From Eledone cirrhosa (lineage: Eukaryota), in assembly GCA_964016885.1 (NCBI GenBank), contig OZ024741.1, positions 351,912,001 to 351,976,000 of the forward strand: a stretch of 64,000 nt of DNA. The letters are read 5' to 3'. The position numbers and the translations under genes are program-made. The notes beneath the pieces are model-generated. The model made no database searches. It had not been told where the DNA came from and was given only the letters and a program-made list of their open reading frames with translations. Of this stretch, positions 24,181 to 36,094 are shown in pieces. Within the stretch, counting starts at the first letter, position 1. The number at the start of each line of letters is the position of its first letter.

Positions 24181-24234
24181 TTGTTGTCTAACACACACAC
24201 ACATATATCAACATTTTACGACCACTTTATATAT

Positions 24235-24303
<69 letters not shown>

Positions 24304-24339
24304 TATATATTTTCCTTAGTAACCAACCATGACTATAAT

Positions 24340-24518
24340 AATTGTTTCTACTTTTAGCACAAGGCCAGCAATTACCCAGTGCATTACTGGTACTTTATTT
24401 TATCTATCCCGTAAGGATGAAAGGCAAAGTTAACCTTGGCGGGATTTGAACTCAGACCGTAAAGGGACGTAACTATGCATGGCGTCCGACCTTCTACTGA
24501 AACTGCCAATCTCCTGCC
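24340..24518 (-). mobile_element. SINE family A
   Basis: Same core and tail as 19101-19278. Confidence 0.8.
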
Positions 24519-25456
24519 ATGACTAATGAAAGCCATCAGTGCATGTTGACAATCATATTATTGTCAGAATACTTATTAAATAAAAGCGATAATGACATCC
24601 TCTCCTTCATCTTAATAATTTACCTGCTCTCCATTATCTGATTATTATTTTTGCTGAATAATTGGAGCTAAATTACATCGAGTGGAGTGAGCCACTGCGG
24701 CCCAAATCGAAACAGCTTTAGGTGGCATGTGGGCATGCAAAACATATCTATAGAGGCAAACAATTCAGGTTAGTGGATGTTTTATTTGCCACCCCCGTGG
24801 AAGCAAAATCTCATTCATACCTCTAACCATAGCTTAGCTCAGGAGTGAAGAACTCACTGTACCATCTTACTGTTGCCAGAGATTAATGAAGTCCAAACTG
24901 ACCTAGGTGCCACCCACATTGGCCTTTCCTTGGCTAGTCACAGCTGTCCTCACAAATGTTGAGGGCAAAACAACCATTTTCGAGGTGTACAAAAGAGAAA
25001 ACTAGTCTGGATCTGGAATGGAACTACTCATCTAAATGGACCAAGAGTGCATCGAGGCCACTTACAATATTATAGATCTCATGGGCAGCACCCACCTTCC
25101 CTTAACTGTGGAAGGTACAAAGTCAAAATGACATACTTGTGGAGCAAAAATCCACCTTGAGGCTTTCTACCCACAACAGACGAGGAAGGAAAGGCTTCCT
25201 TTCCATCTAACATGTCTTCTTCTCCACCTCCATCTCCCTCATATTACCTTTTCCCCTACACTTTCTTCATACTCCTCCCTCTCCCAACATACATCTCAAA
25301 GAAACCTTTAAATAACAAATCTGACCAATTTTATCTGACAACCTGATGATTTCATACAAATGAAATAGTTCTAATCCTGTAGATCCATTCCTATATATAA
25401 TAAATACGCTTGTTAGAACATTATAATTGTTAGAAACAATTATAATGAGTATGTTA

Positions 25457-25700
25457 TGTGGTTAGAAAAAGCTATCTCACTTACCGCTTTTCATAGGCGC
25501 CGCTAAATTCCACTGCTGGTCTCTCCTCTTCCACGTGCGTCCCACTGCTTAACACCGGGAGCTGCTAAAACTCGCGTCCACACCGTTGCTGGTCACCACT
25601 AGAGAGGCCCTCTGCTGGCCCTTCCGGTCGAGCCGGCCAAGCACCCTTCCAGTCAAGCACTCCCCCGCTTCCGACCACCGCACGCCACACCATACCCACA
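25457..25700. mobile_element. Solo LTR (244 bp)
   Basis: TG...CA termini with short inverted ends (TGTGGTTA / TACCCACA). 5-bp TSD TGTTA at 25452-25456 and 25701-25705. Interior is GC/CpG-rich. Confidence 0.7.
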
Positions 25701-26149
25701 TGTTATTTAACTGTGGTCATTTCCCAATCAATTTTGGAATACCATTCATATATATATATATATAGGTTGTGTTGATGCCACAATTCAATACACATTAAAG
25801 TATAAGGGGAAATACTACCACAAACCATTTATAATGAGATGATAAATGCACTGAGTGCATTTATCATCTCATTAACACTAGGCAGGTTGTGTCCTTGATA
25901 CAACTGAAGAGTCCTCTCAACCCTTTGTTTAATCTCATGTAATCTCAGACACTTGCCTTGCAATGCATTTTTGAAAATAATACTGTTATGGAGAAGAGAA
26001 GCCTCCTGCAGTGGGAGAGGAATGGATGTGTCATTCCACAACATTCTGTTAAGTACAATCCACTATTTTTATGGACTTCCACTCATAGCAAGTAACATGT
26101 AATCTGACACTTTCTTTTTACATGATTAATTACACCCAATCTACTCTGT

Positions 26150-26952
26150 AGGTAGTAGTGCTGGTGCCATGATAAAAGCACTGAGTTTCCTTATAAGGTG
26201 GACATACTTGTGCCACAAGATAATTCACCCTGTAAGGTGATGCTTGGTGCCACAAAAAAAACACACAGTCCACTCTGTAAGGTGGTTATAGTGGTACCAT
26301 GACAAAAAGCACCCTCTTTACCCTGTGAGTTGTTTGGCATTTTAGAAGAGAATTTAGCCATAGAAAAAGCTTGAGAGTATGAGCAAGGTGTGGTCATCTG
26401 ACATGTCTAGTCTTGTAATATGACAGCCATTTAACCCATGCAAGCATGGAAAATAGATGTTAAATGCTTGAAATGGTGATGATGATATATCATCATCATC
26501 ATTGTTTAACATCCATTTTCCATGCTAGCATGGGTTAGATAAGCTGTCTCGTTGTGAGACAAGTCAGATTAGGTGATCATGTCCTGCTCATACAGAACTG
26601 TTTCTGGCTTGGTTTCTAGGGCTGGATGCCCTTCCTAACACCAACCACATTTACAGCATGGACTGAGTACTTTTTCATCGTGTCACCATCATGATCACCT
26701 TACAGGGTGGACCAGGTGCTTTTTGTCATATCACCAACACAGTCACAACCACATCACAGGGTGGGCTAAGTGTTTTTTGTTGTGCCACCAACATGACTAC
26801 TTTAAAGTGTGCTTTATGGTGTCTTTTGTCATGTCACCAACATGACCACCTTGCAGGGTAGATTGGGTGCTTTTTGCTGTGTCATCAGCATGACCACCTT
26901 GCAGGGTAGATTGGGTGCTTTTTGCTGTGTCATCAGCATGACCACCTTACAG
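26150..26952. mobile_element. Tail-to-tail RTE-3'UTR-derived elements with expanded ~43-bp tandem units
   Basis: A plus copy ends GATGTTAAATG...GATGATGAT and a minus copy starts CATCATCATTGTTTAACATCC. Repeated units GGTGCTTTTTG..GTGTCA..A.CATGACCACCTT. A similar array lies at 20615-20850. Confidence 0.65.
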
Positions 26953-27434
26953 TTACATATTATGAAAGAATCAGTCCTCAGATTGATGATTAGTAATGAC
27001 AAGATGTACAAACAACTTCTGATAATGAAAAATACATGCCTTTATCAATAATATCTATGAAGCCGCTAATTTCTTGAATGTACAACTAATACCATGTATT
27101 AATATATACATATATATATCATTAATTGAGCCCTCTTATAAACTCCTGCCTCAGAATGCATTTTATAAAATGATATATATATATGTGTGTGTGTGTCTTC
27201 AGTGCATGTGTGTGTGAGTATATATTATGCTCCTTCACAGGAACTAGTACTTACAGTACCAGTTGACCTTATATATTTTCAACTGAGAAGTTAGAACAAC
27301 AGAGACACAGAGTATGATGACAAGCTAATAATAAAAAAAAAAATAATTCTGAGATTTAATGATGGTTGTTGTGGAAGAGGAGGAGGAGGATGAAAAAATT
27401 TAAATGAAAAGAAAAGACCCTCCCCCATACTTAC

Positions 27435-27700
27435 CTATTATGCGACCATCAATGGCACTTCTACAAAACATTGTTTATTGTTTGAAATATCGATTGGATG
27501 GTTCTTCTGAGAGAGTCAGACTGAGTGAGTGAGTGAGTGAGTGAGTGAGTGAGTAAATAAGTCAGAGAAGTGAGGTAAGATAACCAGGAAAAGAAGGTAT
27601 GGCAGGTGAAGATAGACAGATTGATGTCTTTCAAAACTGTGTGACTTACCTGTAAAAGAGATGAAAGAGAGATATAAATATATAGTGAGAGAGAGAGAGA
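27435..27700 (-). promoter_or_regulatory. Candidate recursive splice site and 215-nt RS-exon
   Basis: Minus strand reads TCTCTCTTTCATCTCTTTTACAG|GTAAGT at 27650/27649, with a second donor AATAG|GTAAGT at 27435/27434. Confidence 0.45.
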
Positions 27701-28912
27701 GCAAACACATGAGAAGCAACATCAAAAGGCAGTTATTAAATTATACTGTAATATATATATATTACTACATATTGGAGTCAGTAACCTGAGATAATATATA
27801 TTTATATACATTTTATATATATTTCTACACATTATATATGTCACTGTTATCATTATCATCGCTATTGCCATTTTCACCATCTGAAGCAGCAGTCATATTA
27901 TATATAACCATTCCATTTCATTATTTCAAATGATGAGTACACTTGACAAACATCATCTTACACTAAAATAACATATCCTCTCTACTTGATGTACTGAGTA
28001 CCTTACTTTAATTGTGGTTCTCTTCTGTTTTTGTTTTTAATGGAGTATCATACAGCTCTTATACAACTCCTTTGGGAATTAAAAGCCCATGGCAGAGCAT
28101 ATATATTATTATTTTCCATTCTAGCAAGGGTTAGATGGTTTGTTAGAGATGACAATGATGATATATATGAACATATAGTAAAATATAAAATAATACTAAA
28201 AACAACTGTCTATTCAAAAGCCAGAAAGACAATGTGAGAAGTGTAAATGGAATTGTCAAATGGTAGTAGAGGTTGGTTGTGGTGGTGCTGATAGTTTATA
28301 TGAAAGAAGAAAGAAAAGTATGTAGTACAATACACATATAAAGATATATTATATTTATACAACTTCTCTAGTGTTGGTGATCTATATGATAATCATACCC
28401 AGTAAAGTGGCTGGTGATAGAAAGGGCATTCGGCTATAGAAAACTTGCCAAAGAAAGGATGGGAGGATCCTTCTGTTGTGTGAAAGACATGACAATTTCC
28501 CTAGTGTTGATGATCTACATGATAAATGCACTCAGTACACACTGTAAAGTGATTAGTGACAGGAAGGGCTTCAAGCCATAGAAAGCTTACTAAATAAAGG
28601 AACCTTCAGTTGTGTCAAAACATGCCAACCTCCCTAGTGCTGGTGCAATGATAAAATGTGTTTGGTAGAGTGTGGGATCATATGTAAACAATAATGGGGG
28701 CTCCCGGCCTGTCTACAATGCTAGTAGACATGCTTCAGTACTAACTCGGTCTGTGAAGACCAGTCAAACCCTTGCTATTAGGGAAAGTAGACATTCCATG
28801 ATGACGCACACACATATTTATATACACATATGAACTTCAGGCCCTTAAAATTAGTATCTATGTCAGAGTCAACCTTATAAATTTAACTAAAACATTCGAC
28901 CTTTTACACGAG

Positions 28913-28945
<33 letters not shown>

Positions 28946-29949
28946 TTATTTAAATTGAAGAAACCAAGGTTTTTATATGGCATGCGGTAAATTGAAAATG
29001 AAAAGTGGAGTTAAGTCTTTGAGGCAGTGTATTTAGGCACAAACGATATGTTTAATTTATGTCCAGTGTTATGGCATGATTAAGTAGAATTACGTTACAT
29101 AATAATTTAAAATCACTGTGTAATATATGGTGTTGTTAGGAAAGTGACTGGTTGAAATAAGAACCTACATTAATATGACTGTGTGGATGCATACTTTGAA
29201 TTACACGTAAAAACGGGTATTCACACACACATATATGTTTGCCCATGTCCTGAGATGTGAGGATCAGAGACGTGAAGTTTTCTGCACTGAATGGCAGTGA
29301 GTCCTCCCTTAACATCTTATAATTAACCAGGCAAGTTCACATTATCAAAATTACAAATGATGTTACAATGTTATTTCATGCTCTGTTCAAATCTTTTTAT
29401 GATAATCTCATTTTGAAATCGCTATTCTCAATTTCAAGTCATAAATTTTCATTTTGAAATCCATCTCACTTTAAATTAGCAAGGCCTCACTTTGAACTGG
29501 CATGTGCTCACTTAGAAGTAAAAATACTGTAACATTTAGAACACTCATTTCAGTATATATCATGATCATCACCAATTGGCATTTTGTGTGACTAACAACT
29601 CTGTCAACCCACCATCCTGAAAGGCTTCAAATTTAGAGGAAGGAAACAATTGATTATATGAATTCCAGTAATTGACTGGTACTATATCACCTCCAGAAGG
29701 ATGAATGGCAAAGTTGACTGTGACATGGTTTGAACTCAGAGCCAGAACAAATACAGCAAGGCTTTTCGTCTGATGCCATAATGATTTAATGCTACCACCA
29801 CCACCATTACTACTACTCCCATTCATCACTGCCAACACCTCTAACACCATCATCTCCACCACACTAAAACATCATAATGAAATTTATCCTAAAAAAAATA
29901 TCTTTTTATTTTCAATCACAGAAAGTAACCTGGGTTTTATGTTTGGCAA

Positions 29950-30634
29950 GGTGGGGCTCTGGACTAGATTACTCAAAAAGCAAAACCAACAAAATAACAG
30001 GGGAAAAGCGATTATCCTTTCTGTTACCACTCACAATCCCAAGAACTACACTATTCTGAAAGCTGCTAAACTATACCTCTCGATTCTCCAACAGTTCCCC
30101 TAAAATGAATGAAATCTTAAAAAAATTGCTTATAATTTATAGAAGACACCAGGCACCCAACATAAAGAAATTACTAACCAAGGCAAAATTTACATCAGAA
30201 AAGTAATGGAAGTTAAAAAATGTTCTCAATGCAGAACTTGCAAATATATTGAAGAAGGTGTACAAATCATTTTTGAAAACAATGAGATCTTCAAAATCAA
30301 TGCAAATATGAATTACAAATCCCCACAAATAATCTATTGTACTGCTTACCCACAATGTAAAGAGTACTACATTAGAGAAATGGGAACAGGTCTAAATGAC
30401 AGAATAAGGATCCATAAAAAACAAATTAGAGACCCCTCTGTTAGAAAGACAACACATAGCAAACACTTATCTACTTGCAGAAAGGGAAAATTCATGATTT
30501 TACTTTTTTTAAGATATGGTTGGAAAACAAATATTTCTGGAAATACTAAGAAGACATCTTCATTAAAAAAACACAAACCAAAACTGAACAAAAAAATGAC
30601 GTCTCTTCTCCTGGAAATACTGGCTCATATTTGA
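29950..30634 (+). mobile_element. Penelope-like GIY-YIG remnant
   Basis: CSQCRTCKYI...QIIYCTAYPQCKEYYIREMG...RIRIHKKQI...SKHLSTC...KPKLN. Confidence 0.72.
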
Positions 30635-30755
30635 AAAAAATTCAGAGAACCGTGCTTAAGTGCACATTCGATTGTTGGAGAGAAAAACAGCCTTCAAACT
30701 GCTTTACTAGTTCCCCACCCACTAATGTATATGCTTTTATATATATATATGTGTG

Positions 30756-30800
<45 letters not shown>

Positions 30801-30801
30801 G

Positions 30802-30940
30802 TATATTCATTTTATTAAGGCTAAATGTTACTCTGTAATTTCGCCTGTTTCTCACAGTTCTTGTTTGATGACCCTGTGATAAACAGGCAAAACTCCAAAG
30901 TAACAAAACTCATTATTTAGCCTTAATAAAATGAATATTT
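30802..30940. repeat. Inverted repeat containing a decayed hammerhead
   Basis: Arms ATATTCATTTTATTAAGGCTAAAT and its reverse complement. Plus strand 30861-30906 reads uugu UUGAUGA c-ccugu-gauaa-acagg-c AAAA cuccaaag UA acaa. Confidence 0.55.
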
Positions 30941-31089
30941 AAACTCAACTTCAGTAATGAGTACTCTTTTTTCTCAGCCGTTAACCACATATGGATATAT
31001 CATAACATAGTTATCTTCAACATGGTTTTGTTGCTACCATTGGTTTCTAATCCTGCATTTGGCTTAGTTTGTGTATTTGCACTTCACAT

Positions 31090-32810
31090 GCGAGACCTTC
31101 ATTTAGGCAATCTGCCTAAATGAAGGTTTTGCATATTTGGGTCTGGCTACCAATGTAGGATAGATTCCAGAAATGAAATAATCCACATGATAGACCAAAA
31201 TTCATTTGGTGTTGCCCTCATTGTCGAGCCAGTAGAACACAGCAGGATCCAATTTAATACCTTAGCTCTTAGATCAAACATGACTGCCTTGACTCTGTGA
31301 TACCAATGTAGAGATGCATCAATTAGTCTATACACACACTTTTGAAGGTGCCATAATTTCCCTTTCACTCCAGCTTCTTTGGGAGGTCTTTTTTATATAT
31401 ACATTTCTGTTCCCTTGTAAGAAAGCAGTCTTGATGTCCATTGATTTGGGCTTCCAGTCTTTCTGATAGAACAAAGCTAAAATTAAGTTCAAAGATTCTC
31501 TGGCACATGTAGGAGAATTTTTCTAAACATCTTTCAACCCCGCTTTCTTCAAAACTTCTGGCAACAAATCTTGCTTTAGTTATCAGTTTTTCTGATGTCT
31601 CTTTCAAAGTGTACACCTATCTTGTTGACACACATTCTTGTCCTTCATCTTTCACTTCTTTGTACACATTCTTCTTCTTTCAGTTTTCAAGTTCTACTTT
31701 CTTTGCTTCTATCCAAGACACCTCTTTCAAAGCAAGAATGTCCTCTGTCTGTTCAATTAAAATTTCCAAATCTTTTACTGCTGATAGGTCAACAGACTGA
31801 CAAATTTCCTCAAATTCAGGTTGTAAATATTCTAAATTGAACCAGTTTTTATTTCTCCCAGTTACTTTTCCAGCCCTGCATAGTATTTTTGCTGATATCT
31901 TCTCTCCAGTCTCTTCACTTTTGTAACTAATGATCTGTCCACTTCTGATATGAACATTTTTTGTCTGACTGTCTTCTTTTTGAGTTTCTCTTTCATCATC
32001 AGTCAGATCACTTTGTTCTTCAGAATCACTTTACGTTTCACTCTGAATTGTATCTGGTTTTGTTTCTTTGCCTTTTGTGTTGGTTTCATTTTCACATTCT
32101 TTTTTATCACACAGTTCTTTGTCTGTAGATTTCTTCAATCTCATTTTATGTACTCTCACAACCAGACCTTCTTGTCTAACAAATATCACTGTATTATCAC
32201 TGTTGCAGGACCTTTCCATTCTAGGTTGTTAGATCCTTTAAAGTATACCTTGTCACCTGTCTCAAAGTTTCCAGCACTAGGACATATGTTTTCTTAAAAC
32301 ACTTCTGAGAAATTTTGAACTTTCCACTTCAATGAAAGCTTTTCTTGCAGCATGAAGAGCATTCAAGTGATTTCCAATCATATCACTCATAGTTGTTCCT
32401 TCCAGTGTAGGTGGTTTATTTGTGAGAATGGAAGACAGGTTTGGGTTGTGTCCAAATACCAACTAATAAGCACTATATCCTAAGATATTGCTGAGAGAGT
32501 TATTTGCCATAAGTGCCCAGCGTAATGCTGTTTCCCAGTCACAGTTTCTTTCTGCCTTGACTTTTTTCATGATAGTAGTCAAAGTTTGACTGTGTCTCTT
32601 AAATAGTCCGTTGCTCCATGGTCTTTCTGCTGTGGTTGTTTTAACTTCTATATCAAAGTTCTCACACATGTCATGCACTTCTACATTGCTGAATTCTCTC
32701 CCATTGTCACTTATCAATCTCTTAGGTGGTCCAAAGATGTTAATCCACTGTGTAATGAAATTCTGTATGAATTGTGAAGACTTTGCTTATAATAGCTGCT
32801 GCACTAAACC
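31090..32810 (-). mobile_element. Decayed Ty1/Copia LTR retrotransposon pol fragment (GalEa-like)
   Basis: Integrase (ISDNGREF, PWSNGL, WALMANNSL, VFGHNP) precedes Copia RT (KARFVARSFEE, LQKCVYRLIDASLHWY). Many stops and frameshifts. Confidence 0.8.
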
Positions 32811-33436
32811 TGGGGACCTCATCAATAATATATAAATGCCATAGATGTGAGTTTGTACCTGGTTGGATGTGTATGTGAGCTTATGCATAAGTGTGTCTGT
32901 ATATGTGTATATGTTTGGATATAAATGTGTGTGTGTAAATATATGCATATGTGTATGTATGCATGTATACATGTGTATATATGCATGTATACATATGGCT
33001 GCTTTTTCTTCTTTCGTTTTTCAATTATAATGTTTGTTAGGATTGTCTTATACAAATCATTTACTTACAATAAAAAAAATTTATAGGCTATTTCCTCTTT
33101 GCTTTTTTAAAATTATTAGTGATTACCTTATGCCTTACACTGTCTGTTTAAAAATGAGTGGATGTTATTACCTATTACATTGTGCTTTTTACTTTTATTT
33201 TTATTCTCTACATTAAGGGACTTTTGTAACATTACTTTTGTTATTCCTGATTAGTCAATGAGTGAAAGTAATTAATTGAAATTATAGATTATGGATCTCT
33301 TCATTACTGAAACATACACAGAATAAAAAAAGAAGTGTTAAATCTCTAAAAGCTTTTGCTTTTTCTTTAAATATATATTACTGCTCTGTGTAGCTGAATA
33401 TTTTCCAATATTTCAAATCTAACTCCCTGGATTTAC

Positions 33437-35837
33437 TTGATCATCATCATCATCATTTTACGTCCGCTTTTCCCTGCTTGCAAGGGTTGGATGGTCCTAT
33501 TCAGCACAGCATCTCTCCACATGTCATGGTCCTTCGTCATCTCCTCCGTGAGTTTCAGCAATCTGAGGTATGCTCTCACCACCTCTGCCCATATTTTTCG
33601 TGGTCTACCTCTACTGCATCTTCCTTCTACTAGGATTTCTTGGCACTTCTTTACCCAGCGGTCATCCTCCATACGCATCACATGTCCATACCATCTCAGT
33701 CTTCTCTTCTGCACACACAACTTATCCCTCTTATACCCAGTTTCTTTCTCAACTCATCTATGCTTGGTTGTCCACGCATATTTATATTGCACATCCACAT
33801 CGATCCAATAGAGGGACCAGCAGTGCTAACTGAAGGTAGTATAATAAGTAAGGCAATCAAAGATATGAAGACGGGTAACGCGGCTGGGCCTTCGGAAATA
33901 GTTGCTGAAATGCTGAAAGCATCTGGAACGGTGGGACACGCTATGGTCACCTGGATAGTAAACCAAATCATACAGAATGGGGCCGTTCCGAAGGACTGGC
34001 GTAGCAGCATCATCATTAACTGCTACAAGGGAGATGCCCTAGATAGGGGTAACTATAGAGGTATTAAATTAATCGACCAGGTCATGAAGGTCACAGAAAA
34101 AGTAATAGCGCAACTAATCAGAGAACGAATTGATCTAGATGAAATGCAGTTCGGGTTTGTGTCAGGTAAAAGTACCACAGATGCTCTTTTCATTGTACGA
34201 CAACTACAGAAGTACCTAGCTAAAAGTAAACCCCTATACTTAGCTTTTGTTGACGTGGAGAAAGCCTTTGACAGAGTCCCCCGCTCCATTATCTGGTGGA
34301 CGCTAAGAAAACTAGGTGTTGATGAATGGCTTGTGAGAGCTATACAAGCCATGTATAAAGAAACAGTCAGCAAGGTTAGAATTAACAACGAATATAGGGA
34401 AGAGTTTAGCGTAAAAGTTGGTGTTCATCAGGGCTCCGTTCTTAGCCCCATACTATTTATTATTGCCCTTCAGGCTATAATAGAGAAGTTCAAGACCGGC
34501 TGCCCATGGGAACTCCTATATGCAGATGATCTAACGCTCATAGCTGAATCAATGACTGAACTAGAGAAGAATTTCCAAAATTGGAAGCATGGCCTAGAAT
34601 CAAAAGGCCTTAAAGTTAACTTGTCTAAGACTAAAGTTCTAGTTTGTAGGAAGGAAAATAGAGCACCAGTCCCATCTGGGAAATGGCCATGTTCAGTGTG
34701 TAGGAAAGGAGTAGGTAGAAACTCCATTTTATGTCCCAAATGCAAAGTATGGGTGCATAAAAGATGTAGTGGGATCACAGGTAAGCTAACTAAGAATATA
34801 GATTTTATATGTGGCCGGTGCTCTGGTGCAATAAGTAGCAGCAAGTGCCCACAGAATACGAGCTCATTCCATTGCACAGATGGTTCTATAGAAATAGTGG
34901 ACACCTTCCATTACCTGGGTGACAAAATCAGCAGTGGGGGAGGGTGCTCTGAAAGTACAGTAGCTAGAGTCAGAACGGGATGGAAAAAGTTCAGAGAGCT
35001 TATACCACTATTGGCCGCTAAAGGGTTCTCTCTAAAAATGAAAGGCAGGCTGTATGATGCCTGCATACGAACAGCAATGTTACACGGCAGTGAGACCTGG
35101 GCATTGTGTGCAGAGGATATACGCAGACTGGAGAGAAACGAAGCTTGCATGCTCCGCTGGATGTGTAATAGTAATATACGTGAACGGCAAAGCATAAACG
35201 AACTAAGGGAGAAATTAGGAATAAGAGGAATCAGATGTTGTTTACTCGAGAGAAGACTACGTTGGTACGGTCACGTGATGCGCATGAAAGACGACAGCTG
35301 TATAAAAAAGTGCAGGGCGATAAAAATAGACGGTAGCCACGGAGTAGGCAGACCCAGAAAAACCTGGGACTTGATAAATTCCAACCTCACACTTACACCT
35401 CTCCAAGACAATGTCACTGGACCGATATCTTTGGCGCTACACAGTAATACAGAAGACCCGCCGTGCCTAAGTACAAAGCGAAACCTACAGTCAGTAGGCA
35501 CCTCTAACAAAATACACCCCCGTCCCGCTACCCCCACCCCATCCACACCACCCCCCCTAAATGTGAAGTTATGTTGGTACCACAACATCCAGTCCGAAAC
35601 AAATGAGGTCATGTAGGTGTCATGACAAAAAAACACACAGTCCACGCTGTAATGTGGCCGTGTAGGTAACACGGTAAAAACCTCCCAGTCCAGACTGTAA
35701 ACGTGGTTGGTGTTGGGAAGGGCACCCAGCCGTAGAAAACCCGCCAGACAGTCCTATACGAGCAGGACAACAAATCTTGCCTCAAGTGGGAAAACGCCTG
35801 TCCAAACCCTTGTAAGCGTGGAAGATGGACGTTAAGA

Positions 35838-35870
<33 letters not shown>

Positions 35871-36015
35871 TGGAGCATGCTTGCTTCATTTCTCTCCAGC
35901 CATCGCATATCCTCTGCAGTTGCTGCCCATGTCTCACTACCATGCATCATATAACCGTCCTTTTGTCAACAGAGGAAGCAGCTCCCTAAACTTCTTCCAA
36001 CCCGTCCTTATTCAT
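33437..36015 (-). mobile_element. RTE family B 3' fragment split by an RTE family A insertion
   Basis: 33437-33797 (RRLRWYGHVMRMEDDRWVKKC and tail) resumes at 35870 (HGSETWAATAEDMRWLERNE). Confidence 0.8.
33795..35869 (+). mobile_element. 5'-truncated RTE family A copy
   Basis: ORF from HIDPIEGPAV onward is near-identical to the 547-2200 copy, including RT and PHD finger. Has the 3' UTR and a (GAT)n tail. Confidence 0.92.
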
Positions 36016-36094
36016 TAAGCTTCCCAATGTCTTGTTTAGTTAAAACTAAGTGGATATCTCCATTTATAAATCTTTGTGTATTTATGTGTATATA

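Noticed and set aside
25340-25380. CTGATGA...GAAA hammerhead-like motif
   Set aside because: I could not form convincing helices I and III.
33640-33794. N-terminal extension of the 658-aa ORF
   Set aside because: It is antisense RTE-B sequence that happens to be open upstream of a truncated insertion.
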